Shown here piece by piece: positions 18,648 through 28,991 of a DNA stretch of 64,000 nucleotides (positions are counted from its first letter, which is position 1; every line of letters starts with the position of its first letter). The notes beneath the pieces were generated by a model. The model searched no databases, was not told the origin of the DNA, and worked only from the letters and a program-made list of their open reading frames with translations. The DNA comes from an uncultured virus (IMG/VR IMGVR_UViG_3300021185_001360) (Duplodnaviria > Heunggongvirae > Uroviricota > Caudoviricetes). The stretch is taken from IMG/VR virus record IMGVR_UViG_3300021185_001360. One strand, written 5' to 3'. The position numbers and the translations under genes are program-made.

Positions 18648-19717
18648 TGGCTGAATTAAAACTCAGGATGAAAGCAGATACTTCATACCACGATATGTAT
18701 GACAGATACGAGCCTATTGCTGGGAATGATTATATTATCGTTGATTGGATGATGGGGAATACTTGTAACTATGCCTGTACTTATTGTGATGATTACTTTC
18801 ATGACGGCAGTCAGCCTTGGCCTGAGGTAGATGTATTTCTAAAGTTCACTAAAAGATTAACAGACCATTATAGAGTTGTTGCTCCTGGTAAGAGAATACT
18901 ATGGAACTTGTTAGGTGGTGAACCTACTGTCTGGCCTAAGTTTGAGGAAGTATTTCATAAGATGAAAGCATACGACCCAAATGCTAGTGTAAGAATATTG
19001 ACTAACGGTTCAAGAACCCTACGATGGTGGGAGAAGAATGCAAACATATTCGATGAAGTTATTATAAGTTATCATCCACAAAGTGCAGACTATAAACATA
19101 TAACAGAGGTATCAAACATACTTACTGACAAGGGAACGATATGTTCTATTCAGTCAGCTATATATCCTCCGTTAATAGAATTAAATTATGAAGCGGCTCA
19201 ATATTACCATGAGAATTCTAAGTGCATAGTTCATAATTCGAAAGCATTACAAGAAACATTAGGCAGTGATAATACATTTGTATATCCAGAAGGTGCGTTT
19301 GATAAATTAAGACAATGGGATGGACAGACAAAGTATCGGCAAGAGATAGATGACGCAGTTGAAAATGAATATGAGCATATAATGACAATAAAGAAGTTCA
19401 AAAGAAAGAACTTTGGTAAGCAAATGCGATATATAAACACTAAGACGGGCAAATCAGAAGTGTTCGATAATGCAAATCACATAATGGAACAAGGACATAA
19501 CTCTTGGAAGGGCTGGAAATGTATGATTGGAATAGAAGCATTGGTTGTTAATTTAAATGGAACAGTAACAAGTGGTAACAGTTGTTTCTTACACTTGTCT
19601 CATGGTAACATAAACAAACCAGACGAAATAGTATTTCCAACTGATGGCAGAATATGTCCACAAACGTGGTGCAGTTGCGTATCTGACACAGAAGTAACGA
19701 AATTTAAGGTGAAATAA
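18647..19717 (+). CDS. Radical SAM protein
   Basis: CNYACTYC, GGEPT, TNGSR, C-terminal CPQTWCSC. Confidence 0.9.
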   Translation: MAELKLRMKADTSYHDMYDRYEPIAGNDYIIVDWMMGNTCNYACTYCDDYFHDGSQPWPEVDVFLKFTKRLTDHYRVVAPGKRILWNLLGGEPTVWPKFEEVFHKMKAYDPNASVRILTNGSRTLRWWEKNANIFDEVIISYHPQSADYKHITEVSNILTDKGTICSIQSAIYPPLIELNYEAAQYYHENSKCIVHNSKALQETLGSDNTFVYPEGAFDKLRQWDGQTKYRQEIDDAVENEYEHIMTIKKFKRKNFGKQMRYINTKTGKSEVFDNANHIMEQGHNSWKGWKCMIGIEALVVNLNGTVTSGNSCFLHLSHGNINKPDEIVFPTDGRICPQTWCSCVSDTEVTKFKVK

Positions 19718-19724
19718 ATACAGT

Positions 19725-21284
19725 ATGACCAAGAAAAACAATCCAGAATTAGAGAAAAACCTAGAAGAATTTCAACGTAGAACAGGTGCTCCAACAAAGA
19801 CATTCTGCCTTTTGCCTTGGGTACATCTAAGCACACGACCTAATGGACATATGCGTGTTTGTTGTACAGCTAATGCGAGTTCAGTTGGTCCTACTAATGA
19901 CAAAGAACACGGCGGAGAAGTTGGTGTTCTAAAAAATGCTGATGGTAAACCTGCAAACTTAAATCACAGCGACTTGATGTCAAGTTGGAATAATGATTAC
20001 ATGAAGAATGTGCGTAAGCAAATGCTTAATAACGAAATGCCTCCTAGTTGTATGAAATGTTACAAAGAGGAAGACGCAGGCCACATGTCAAAAAGATATT
20101 GGGAAACAGAATACTGGTCACGCAGAGTAGATATGGAAGAGGTTATCGCCGAGACGGCAGAAGATGGTTCTATCCCTCCAAAGATTCGTTACTTGGATTT
20201 GCGACTTGGGTCGAAGTGTAACTTGAAATGTATCATGTGTTCACCACACGACAGTTCAATGTGGGTAAAAGATTGGATTAAATTACATCCTAGTATTGAA
20301 AATGAGTCATTGAAAGAAACTATGCAATGGGGCAATAAAGGCCAGATTGATGGTGCAAGTTATAACTGGCATAAAAAGAATGATGCATTCTGGGATCAGT
20401 TGTATGACCAAATACCACACATGAAACAATTATACTTTGCTGGTGGAGAAGCAACAATTATTGAAGAACATTACACGTTGCTAGAAGAAGTTGTCGAAAG
20501 AGGATATGCTCCTGGTATTGAGTTGCGTTATAATTCAAATGGACTTGAAATGCCACAGCGTTTATTTGATTTGTGGAAACAGTTCAAGCGTGTACGTTTT
20601 CATTATTCAGTAGATAGTATTGGTGTAATGAATGATTATATTCGTTATCCAAGTGAATGGGAACACACAGTAAAGCAGTTTCATCTATTAGACAACACAG
20701 GACCTAATGTAGAAGTTACAGTAGCATGTGCAGTTCAGGCTCTAAACATTTATTACTTACCAGACTTTGTTAAGTGGAAACTAGAACAAAACTTTAAGAA
20801 GATTAACTTATGGCCGCTAGGTGCAGGTATGATTAACTATCACTTTGTTTATCACCCACCTCATCTAAACGTTAAAGTTCTTCCTAACTGGTTCAAAGAA
20901 ATGACACATAAGAAATATGATATCTTCATCAAATGGTTAGAAGAAAACTGGGAGTTATGTACTAAAGGTTCACTAACACCAGTAACATATGAAGATTGGC
21001 GCCAAGCATCATATGGTGTGAAAAGATTACAAGGTATGTTGCAGTTCTCAGAGAGCGGTGACTGGTCACGACAGCGTATGCCAGAGTTTATTGAATATAT
21101 TAACAAAATGGATGGGATACGTGAGACTAATTTCAGAGATGTATTCCCAGAGATGGCACCATTGCTAGATTGGACTCCAGATGACGGAGAAGATTGGGAT
21201 GGTGAGTTTGATGACAGACTATTAAAAGAATTAGAAGACAACGGTTTTCACGTAAATCAGCAGGAGTTGGACATTGACAATTAA
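19725..21284 (+). CDS. Radical SAM protein with N-terminal Twitch/SPASM-like domain
   Basis: FCLLPW..VCC..CMKC; CNLKCIMC; GGE; ATAAATA 4 nt before the ATG. Confidence 0.9.
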   Translation: MTKKNNPELEKNLEEFQRRTGAPTKTFCLLPWVHLSTRPNGHMRVCCTANASSVGPTNDKEHGGEVGVLKNADGKPANLNHSDLMSSWNNDYMKNVRKQMLNNEMPPSCMKCYKEEDAGHMSKRYWETEYWSRRVDMEEVIAETAEDGSIPPKIRYLDLRLGSKCNLKCIMCSPHDSSMWVKDWIKLHPSIENESLKETMQWGNKGQIDGASYNWHKKNDAFWDQLYDQIPHMKQLYFAGGEATIIEEHYTLLEEVVERGYAPGIELRYNSNGLEMPQRLFDLWKQFKRVRFHYSVDSIGVMNDYIRYPSEWEHTVKQFHLLDNTGPNVEVTVACAVQALNIYYLPDFVKWKLEQNFKKINLWPLGAGMINYHFVYHPPHLNVKVLPNWFKEMTHKKYDIFIKWLEENWELCTKGSLTPVTYEDWRQASYGVKRLQGMLQFSESGDWSRQRMPEFIEYINKMDGIRETNFRDVFPEMAPLLDWTPDDGEDWDGEFDDRLLKELEDNGFHVNQQELDIDN

Positions 21285-22080
21285 TTATCCAAATATAATT
21301 AACGAAGAATTTAAGGATAGGCATAGTTATAGTTTTGATACAGTACCAGATACATTTGTAGATGCATTGATGAATGAACCTAGATTTCCAGAGTCAGCAA
21401 GATTCAGAAAAGTAAAATGGATTTCACATGAGTCAGGTATCCCTTGGTTAGTATTAGATGTACCGAAGTTTGACTGGAAAGCATGTTACGATGAAGCAAT
21501 GGCAGTATACGATGAAGCTATTCAACATAGAAAAAATGATTACGATGAAAGTAACCCTGATGATTACGGACACAGAGGCTGGCGTAGTTTAACATTACAT
21601 GGTTTAGGTAAACATGTATCTCAGCATTGGGATAGTAAAGATGTTAAAGCTATGGGTTTCGATTTTAAAAGTGAAGAAGAAGTAAGAGAAGCATATCATT
21701 GGACAGAGATTGCAGATAAATGTCCTAAGACAGTAGAAATGATTAAGTCTATCCCAGGTTATATGTCATTCGATAGAGTTCGTTATATGTACTTAGAACC
21801 AGGAGGATACATTACTCCTCACAATGATTATGAACACAATAAGCTAGGACCATTGAATATATCGCTAAACAATCCTGAGCATTGTTATTTTAAAATGATT
21901 GATGATAATGCATATGTTCCGTGGAAGCCCGGTAAGATGATTAAGATGAATGTAGGACACCAACATGCAGTGATGAATGATACAGATGAAGTTAGAGTTC
22001 ATATGATTGTTCATGGGCAGTATGGTGGTAGAGGTTATGAAGATATTATGTTAAACAGTTGGAATAAAATTAATGAATAA
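21274..22080 (+). CDS. Fe(II)/2OG oxygenase, aspartyl/asparaginyl beta-hydroxylase-like
   Basis: LEPGGYITPHND...HAVMN...RVHMIVH. Confidence 0.8.
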   Translation: MTINYPNIINEEFKDRHSYSFDTVPDTFVDALMNEPRFPESARFRKVKWISHESGIPWLVLDVPKFDWKACYDEAMAVYDEAIQHRKNDYDESNPDDYGHRGWRSLTLHGLGKHVSQHWDSKDVKAMGFDFKSEEEVREAYHWTEIADKCPKTVEMIKSIPGYMSFDRVRYMYLEPGGYITPHNDYEHNKLGPLNISLNNPEHCYFKMIDDNAYVPWKPGKMIKMNVGHQHAVMNDTDEVRVHMIVHGQYGGRGYEDIMLNSWNKINE

Positions 22081-23674
22081 ACACACAGACCATCAACGCT
22101 CAACCAATTTTATTAAAGCAATACGATGTGCAGTATTAGATACATCTAAAACTATTGGCGATGAAGAAGTATCAAACTATAATAGACAAATTACTTACAA
22201 TTTTCTTAGAAATAATTATAGTCATTATCGACATAAGATTTACGAAGAAGATTCAGTTGATAAGATATTAGCAGACTTAGCCAACGATCCAAACGAAGAA
22301 GATATTGTCCTTCTAGTAGTTCAGGCATATGGTAATATACTATATGACACGTGGCAACCATTGGAGCATGGATATAGTTTATTCAGAGAGTATTGTAACT
22401 ATGATTGGTTAGAAGATGCAAAGGCAAATAAATTCCTATTGATGGGACATATTCTTGACGAACAACACAAAGACCGATGGTTTAGATTACACGAACAATG
22501 CTTTGTTATCAATTATCCTATGTGGAAAGCTATGGGTAGACCAGCGTTTGGGGACTTTGGAGTTAAACAACACGAAGTTAGACAAGCTATTCGTAGCATG
22601 GAAAACTTCCACGACGGTCATACACCTAAATATTTGGCACCGGGGCCCGCACAAGAGACAATTAACAGAACAGGCTTTGGTTGGAACTTAATTGCAAAGA
22701 GTTTAGAGGCAGGACTACCAGTAAGAAACTTTGATGAACAGGCACGTAAGACTAAGACATACTTGTATCCAGAGATTAAAGAGGAACAGGAAGAGTTCAA
22801 AAAATTCTTTAGAGAAGGATGTGCAGAGTTTAAACCAGAGGAAAGCAACCTAGGAGATAGCAAAAAAGAATTCTTACAATATCAGAGTTACACAGTTAAA
22901 CGCTCACCAGATGCTATATGGGTTATGAATACAGAATCAGTTAATGATGTATACTTTGTTCCTAGAAAGTTTCCACTAAAGAATATCTATAGCGTAGCCG
23001 CAGGATTTAAAACATTTGCATTCTTAAATGGTTGGAACCCTGATACTGATGTAGAGACTGTAGGGATTAATTACTTTGATATATCAGCAAACAGTTTAGA
23101 AGCAAGAAAGTGGATGCACAATGAATGGGATCCGCAAGACTTTAATCAATACTTAGATTACTTGCATGACGAATGGTATAAAACTGATAAAGCGTTGATA
23201 TCAATATACGAAGACTTTAACTTTGAAGCTCCTAACTGGGATAGTGAAAGAGAAAAGGCAAAAGAGGCATATCAGAAAAGTATTCTAAGAATATTTGATA
23301 CGATGGAAGACTTCTACGCAATGCATGAAAAGGTAAAACATAATCCTAACATCACATATGGTGTTGCTGATTTATGTAGAAATGCACAGCCTCTTATAGA
23401 TAGAATTAAACCACACGAAGAAGGATATGACAGTGTGGTGTGGAGTAGTAATTATATTACTACAAGATATACAACATGGTTGCTATCATACGAAGAACGT
23501 AGAGCAGGCTACAAAGATGTAGTCAATAAAATGTGCGAGAAAAACAAACATCTTAGATTGCATAGTGCAGATTGGGATGGGTCTCCTACTAGGGGAATGA
23601 AACTAGAAGAAATTAATCATGCGTATGGATATCCGGAAGAGTTATTTTTAAAATGGCGAAGCAAAAAGAACTAA
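22073..23674 (+). CDS. Hypothetical protein, 533 aa (within the tailoring operon)
   Basis: Long ORF overlapping both neighbours; no motif confidently recognised. Confidence 0.8.
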   Translation: MNKHTDHQRSTNFIKAIRCAVLDTSKTIGDEEVSNYNRQITYNFLRNNYSHYRHKIYEEDSVDKILADLANDPNEEDIVLLVVQAYGNILYDTWQPLEHGYSLFREYCNYDWLEDAKANKFLLMGHILDEQHKDRWFRLHEQCFVINYPMWKAMGRPAFGDFGVKQHEVRQAIRSMENFHDGHTPKYLAPGPAQETINRTGFGWNLIAKSLEAGLPVRNFDEQARKTKTYLYPEIKEEQEEFKKFFREGCAEFKPEESNLGDSKKEFLQYQSYTVKRSPDAIWVMNTESVNDVYFVPRKFPLKNIYSVAAGFKTFAFLNGWNPDTDVETVGINYFDISANSLEARKWMHNEWDPQDFNQYLDYLHDEWYKTDKALISIYEDFNFEAPNWDSEREKAKEAYQKSILRIFDTMEDFYAMHEKVKHNPNITYGVADLCRNAQPLIDRIKPHEEGYDSVVWSSNYITTRYTTWLLSYEERRAGYKDVVNKMCEKNKHLRLHSADWDGSPTRGMKLEEINHAYGYPEELFLKWRSKKN

Positions 23675-24888
23675 AATATATTAAGTTTGATGTTGGTGTG
23701 TTACACCTAGAGTTAACCTCAAGATGTAATGCCCTTTGTCCTATGTGTGCGAGAACCACAGGACTAGACCATGACGGAGTTGTGTTAAAGAAACGTGATG
23801 ATTTGCAATTGGTTGATACAGATCCGCAGTTGCTTTATAATATGCTAGAAGAAATGAAACCTTTCTTGCCTAATCATGTTTTTATCAATGGCAACTTTGG
23901 TGATCCAATTATGTATCCTCACTTACAAGAGGTTATTAAGATGTACATTGATGCTGGTGTTCCACAAGTAACGCTTAGTACAAATGGTGGGGTGCATCCA
24001 GCAGAGTGGTGGGTTAAACTTGCTAAGATGATGCGTAAACAAGATAAAGTTATTTTTGCTATTGATGGATTAGAAGATACTAATCACTTATACAGAGTTA
24101 ACACTAAATGGGATATTATCATGCGTAATGCGAAAGCATTTATAGGAGCAGGAGGATTTGCTAGATGGGATTATATTGCATTTGCACACAATGAACATCA
24201 GATTGAAGAAGCAAGACAGTTAGCAGATGAAATGGGTTTTATAAAATTTAGATATAAAAAATCAAATCGTTATGTAATACCTAAAGATTATAGTGCAGAT
24301 CCAGATACTCCTAGAGAAGATGAGTCAATAGAAAAGAAAACAACGATTAAGTTTGTATCAAAGCAACACCAGAAGAAAGACCCAATGCAAAAAGAAACAG
24401 TATTAGAAGCACCAAAGAAAACAGATGCATCTAATACTACAAAGAATTTTGAAGCAATACTAAAAGAACATAAGACATTTGATAACTATGTAAAGACAAC
24501 ACAAATTGATTGTCAAACAGCTAGAGATAAAAGTATCTTTGTAGATTATAAAGGCAAAGTGTGGCCATGTTGTTGGCAGGGGCATTACTATAGTACAGTA
24601 GGCGAAGATAAAGGTACGCAGAAAAGAATAGATGACAGAATTGAGTTAGAAAATAAGTACGGAAAAGACTTTAATGACTTGTCAAAGCACTCAATTTTTG
24701 ATATACTTAATACAGAATACTATGCAAAAGACCTAGTTGATAGCTGGCGTAACGAGAGCAAACGTCTATTCATATGTGGTAAAACATGTGGCAAAGATTT
24801 AGACTTTAGAGGCAATAGCAAGAAGAATTATGAGGACACAGAAATGAAAGATAACGAAGAAAAACAAACGAGCGTTCATCATGTCTGA
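23653..24888 (+). CDS. Radical SAM protein (paralog of 17559-18647)
   Basis: CNALCPMC, GNFGDP, DGLEDTNHLYR, PCC, CGKTC. Confidence 0.9.
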   Translation: MAKQKELKYIKFDVGVLHLELTSRCNALCPMCARTTGLDHDGVVLKKRDDLQLVDTDPQLLYNMLEEMKPFLPNHVFINGNFGDPIMYPHLQEVIKMYIDAGVPQVTLSTNGGVHPAEWWVKLAKMMRKQDKVIFAIDGLEDTNHLYRVNTKWDIIMRNAKAFIGAGGFARWDYIAFAHNEHQIEEARQLADEMGFIKFRYKKSNRYVIPKDYSADPDTPREDESIEKKTTIKFVSKQHQKKDPMQKETVLEAPKKTDASNTTKNFEAILKEHKTFDNYVKTTQIDCQTARDKSIFVDYKGKVWPCCWQGHYYSTVGEDKGTQKRIDDRIELENKYGKDFNDLSKHSIFDILNTEYYAKDLVDSWRNESKRLFICGKTCGKDLDFRGNSKKNYEDTEMKDNEEKQTSVHHV

Positions 24889-26302
24889 TACATTTTGTAT
24901 CTTACCTTGGATAAACATATCAACACGTGCCAATGGCGATTTGCGTGTTTGTTGTCATGCCAATCAAGGGCCTACAAGAGGTATATATAAAAAAGAGAAT
25001 GGTGAAAATTATAATCTTAAACAAGATAAGATTACAGATGCAATCAATTCTCCTCTTGCAAAAGATATTCGTAAGACAATGCTTGAAGGCAAATGGCATG
25101 CAGAATGCATTAGATGTTTACGTGAAGAAAAAGCAGGCATGAAGTCCAGACGTATCAATGATGGTGAAAGATTTGCTCAACATATAACATTAGAACAAGC
25201 ACAAACACATACCTCAGAAGATGGCAAGATTGATTTAAATCATATTAAACAGACTTACTATGATATTAGATTGGGTAACTTCTGTAATCTTAAATGTCGC
25301 ATGTGTTCTCCTATGGATAGTAGTTCTTGGTATGATGATTATGTTAAGATGTGGGGTACAAATAAGTTTAAAGATACTCATGGTATTGTTGAAATGTACA
25401 AAAACAATAAAGGCAGATTTGTTGCACACGATTATGATTGGGTTAAGAAAGACCATTTCTGGGAGAACCTAAAAGAAAATGTATCAGGTATGCAACATGT
25501 ATATCTAGTTGGTGGTGAACCTCTTATCATTGAAGAACATTATGATTTCTTAAAGTATTGTGTTGAAGTAGATAAAGCAAAAGAAATGACACTTGAATAC
25601 AATACTAACTTAACTAACATTCAGCCTAGAGCATTAGAGTTATGGAAACAATTTAAGCAAGTTCAGTTTGGTATATCAATGGACGGAATAGGGGAGACAT
25701 TAGAATATGTACGTAACCCACTTAAATCAAAACTGATGGAAAAGAATTTAAAGAGGCTAGATGAAGTTGGATTAGAGAAAATGAATTTCAGAGCCTGGAT
25801 AGCATTTACTATTGGTGCCCTGAATGCTTTTCATTTTACAGATTTCTTAAAGTGGAAGATAGAACAAGACTTTGCAGTTATATCTCCTATGTTAAAGAAT
25901 AATCCTAAGCCATTTATTAACGCACACCCAATACATAGACCACATGAATTAGCAACAAGATTTCTACCATTAGAAGTAAAAGACCAAGTACGAGACAAAT
26001 GGGAAGAATTTAGAACAGAGTTCAAAACAGAAATAGTAAATAACATTGACTATCATTCACTTGCTAAGAAGAACCCTATGGCAATGGGAATGATTAAGCC
26101 TGCAAATAAAGAGTGGGCTATAATGAAGATGGACCAATTACTTGATAATAATATTAAGTTCATGTATGATGAAGATTGGTTCACAGAAGAAAATAATAAG
26201 AAGTTCTGGCAATACAATGAAAAACTTGATGGAATCAGAAACGAAAACATGGAAAAACAATTACCAGAGTTGTATAATGCAATGAAGAAATATAAGGTTT
26301 AA
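24881..26302 (+). CDS. Radical SAM protein with N-terminal Twitch/SPASM-like domain
   Basis: FCILPW..VCC..CIRC; CNLKCRMC; GGEP. Confidence 0.9.
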   Translation: MSDTFCILPWINISTRANGDLRVCCHANQGPTRGIYKKENGENYNLKQDKITDAINSPLAKDIRKTMLEGKWHAECIRCLREEKAGMKSRRINDGERFAQHITLEQAQTHTSEDGKIDLNHIKQTYYDIRLGNFCNLKCRMCSPMDSSSWYDDYVKMWGTNKFKDTHGIVEMYKNNKGRFVAHDYDWVKKDHFWENLKENVSGMQHVYLVGGEPLIIEEHYDFLKYCVEVDKAKEMTLEYNTNLTNIQPRALELWKQFKQVQFGISMDGIGETLEYVRNPLKSKLMEKNLKRLDEVGLEKMNFRAWIAFTIGALNAFHFTDFLKWKIEQDFAVISPMLKNNPKPFINAHPIHRPHELATRFLPLEVKDQVRDKWEEFRTEFKTEIVNNIDYHSLAKKNPMAMGMIKPANKEWAIMKMDQLLDNNIKFMYDEDWFTEENNKKFWQYNEKLDGIRNENMEKQLPELYNAMKKYKV

Positions 26303-26303
26303 T

Positions 26304-27470
26304 ATGGATAATATAGATAAAGACTCTCTCAAGTGGTCACAATATGACTTTACTCAGATACCATTTGATGATATTGTCAAAGTAGGACAACGTACTCTAT
26401 TATATAGAGATTTGTTTTCAGTATCTTGGTTACTAGGTCGTTTCTGTAACTACAAGTGTAGTTATTGTTGGCCTTATGCTAGGTCAGATAGAAAAGACCA
26501 TAGACCTACAGAATTGTGTTTAGCAACTATTGATGAAATAAAGAGACAAGCACGTGCTAATGGATTTAATAGTTTTCACTTTAGTTTAAGTGGAGGTGAG
26601 CCTACATTCCATCCAGGATACCTTGACATGTTGGAGCATCTGGCTAATGACGTTCCTAACTGTAATTATACTAGTGTACACATGACCTCAAATATATCTC
26701 GTAAAATGGATTGGTTTAAAAAGTATTGCGAGATTGTAGGCAAAGTACACCGTGCCAGTATTACTGCATCATTTCATAGAGAGTTTGCGGACAAAGTAGA
26801 GTTTGCAGATAAACTATTGTTATGCATGGAATATGATGTACAAGTAACAATCAATATGGTTTTAGTACCAGATAGATTTGACGTTGATTGGGAGAATGCA
26901 TTGTACTTTCATAATCGTGGTATAAACGTTACTCTAAAGCCACAGAGTGACCCTACAGCGTCTTTCGTTGTAAAGGGATATACAGAGAAGCAATTAGAAA
27001 TTATGCAGAATGGTATGCCTCAACGTGCATACACAGATGATTTACAAAAGACAACAGGCAAAAAGATTATAAGACCTAAGCCAAAGAAAACTATGTGGAA
27101 CCAAGACATAATGAATGGTGATGATAAAGGTGTCCCACCAATTATGCAAGTAGAGTTTGAAGACAGCAAGGGAAAGAAATGGTACATGGACCAAGCAGAA
27201 CGTTTCAATGCTTTTAACTTTAATAAGTTCAAAGGTTGGGATTGTACGAGTGGGTTTAAAGGTATTATTATTAGAGAACCTGATGGCTCTATCAAGCGTT
27301 CATACAGTTGTTCGGATGAGCCTCTAGGATATGTAGAGAGTGGGTTCAAGTTGTTTGACGCACCTAAAGTATGTATCAGTGAGAGTTGCGTATCAAGTGC
27401 GGATAGCAAGATACCTAAACGTGCACCAGGCTCAATGGTCAGGATATACCCTAATGAAAAGATTGGATAA
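26304..27470 (+). CDS. Radical SAM protein (same subtype as 18647-19717)
   Basis: CNYKCSYC, SGGEPT, C-terminal Cys cluster. Confidence 0.9.
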   Translation: MDNIDKDSLKWSQYDFTQIPFDDIVKVGQRTLLYRDLFSVSWLLGRFCNYKCSYCWPYARSDRKDHRPTELCLATIDEIKRQARANGFNSFHFSLSGGEPTFHPGYLDMLEHLANDVPNCNYTSVHMTSNISRKMDWFKKYCEIVGKVHRASITASFHREFADKVEFADKLLLCMEYDVQVTINMVLVPDRFDVDWENALYFHNRGINVTLKPQSDPTASFVVKGYTEKQLEIMQNGMPQRAYTDDLQKTTGKKIIRPKPKKTMWNQDIMNGDDKGVPPIMQVEFEDSKGKKWYMDQAERFNAFNFNKFKGWDCTSGFKGIIIREPDGSIKRSYSCSDEPLGYVESGFKLFDAPKVCISESCVSSADSKIPKRAPGSMVRIYPNEKIG

Positions 27471-28374
27471 GATAGATTTATTTACAAGACATTGTGAGAA
27501 TAGACAACAGGCTATTCGTAAAGCAAAAGCTATTGTAGATGAAGATGTTATTAAAGTAGGAAGTTCAGTTAATATCTTTAATGACTCTTATGACTTTTCA
27601 ATACTACATGACCAAATGGCATTCATAGAACAATATGACAAGTGGATACATTCTAGTAAAAAGTTTAAGATAAAAGGGTTAGATAAGTTTCCTATACGAT
27701 TAGTAACCAATGGTATTACTGATGCATTCACAGACTTCTATGAAAATGCAGTAGACTTAAACGTATTCAGAGGCGAGTACACGTATCATAAGGACTTAGG
27801 AATACCTGTATTAGAATCTTTCTCAGATATAGAAGAAAATATGTTTATTATCATAAGCTATCCATTTAGTGCTACAGGAAATGTACACCATGATTGGAGT
27901 AAGATTATGCGTATATGCGAGAAGAAAAATTGTGAAGTTTTTATAGACTGTTGCTTGTTTGGTGTCTCAGAAGTCGAGGCCTTGGATTTAAGCTACGATT
28001 GTATTACACATGTAGCTTTTAGCTTTAGTAAAACATTTTCAACTGGCGGCCTGCGTACAGGCATTCTATATAAGAAATTACGTGAACAGACACCATTGCA
28101 GTTACAGAATGAACATTACTATACACAAATGGCAGGAATGAAAATACATTCAGAATTAATGAAAGCGTTCAGTCCTGACTATATGTGTAATAAATACAGA
28201 GATAAGCAAGTTGAGTTATGCAAAAAACTAGAGATAGAACCAAGTGATAGTGTTATATTTGGCATAAGCAACAAGGAAGAACACAAACACTTTGAAAGGG
28301 ATGGGTATATTAATAGATTATGCCTGTCTTATGCATTGCAAGAACATGACAAGAAGTATGAGGATTTCGAATGA
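27454..28374 (+). CDS. PLP-dependent fold-type I enzyme (aminotransferase-like)
   Basis: NGITDAF, PFSATG, FID, SFSKTF...LRTG PLP-lysine motif; likely start 27454. Confidence 0.65.
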   Translation: MKRLDKIDLFTRHCENRQQAIRKAKAIVDEDVIKVGSSVNIFNDSYDFSILHDQMAFIEQYDKWIHSSKKFKIKGLDKFPIRLVTNGITDAFTDFYENAVDLNVFRGEYTYHKDLGIPVLESFSDIEENMFIIISYPFSATGNVHHDWSKIMRICEKKNCEVFIDCCLFGVSEVEALDLSYDCITHVAFSFSKTFSTGGLRTGILYKKLREQTPLQLQNEHYYTQMAGMKIHSELMKAFSPDYMCNKYRDKQVELCKKLEIEPSDSVIFGISNKEEHKHFERDGYINRLCLSYALQEHDKKYEDFE

Positions 28375-28991
28375 GTGTAGAAAAATTAGATATAGATTTT
28401 AATTACAAAAGACTTTTAGGTGAGTTTAAAGGATTAGGAATAGAACAGAAACTTATCGATAACGAAAAACAAATAGCAGTTCAATGCAGAGAAGGCATTA
28501 AAGGGGAGAAGCAACTATTAGATAGTTGTGGTAGTTTGATATATGATTGGGATGATTATTTTCCTGAGAAAGATTATGAAAACTCTGGTCCTAAAGTGCG
28601 TGACGTAATATTACAAGAGGAACAGTTTGATTTACTATGTGACCTATGGAAAGATACTTACATAGGGGAAGTAGTTAATGCGTTAAACGAGAAATATGGA
28701 GTCCTGAGAGGTAGATTTATGATGTTAGGTATGAAGACATGCTTAACTTATCATAAAGATAAGACGCCTAGATTGCATATTCCTCTAGTAACACATGATG
28801 ATTGCTTTATGGTTATAGATGATAAAGTATGTAGAATACCATATGGTGGTGTATATAAAGTTGATACAACTAAAGTACACACAGCCATAAATGCAAGTAA
28901 AATACTAAGAACCCATTTAGTGTTTTGTTTACCTAAACCTAAAATAGATAAATCAAAAAGATTACCTTGGGAAAATACTATACCTTTTTAA
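28371..28991 (+). CDS. Fe(II)/2OG oxygenase, aspartyl/asparaginyl beta-hydroxylase-like
   Basis: YHKD..RLHIPL..HTAIN..RTHLV. Confidence 0.75.
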   Translation: MSVEKLDIDFNYKRLLGEFKGLGIEQKLIDNEKQIAVQCREGIKGEKQLLDSCGSLIYDWDDYFPEKDYENSGPKVRDVILQEEQFDLLCDLWKDTYIGEVVNALNEKYGVLRGRFMMLGMKTCLTYHKDKTPRLHIPLVTHDDCFMVIDDKVCRIPYGGVYKVDTTKVHTAINASKILRTHLVFCLPKPKIDKSKRLPWENTIPF

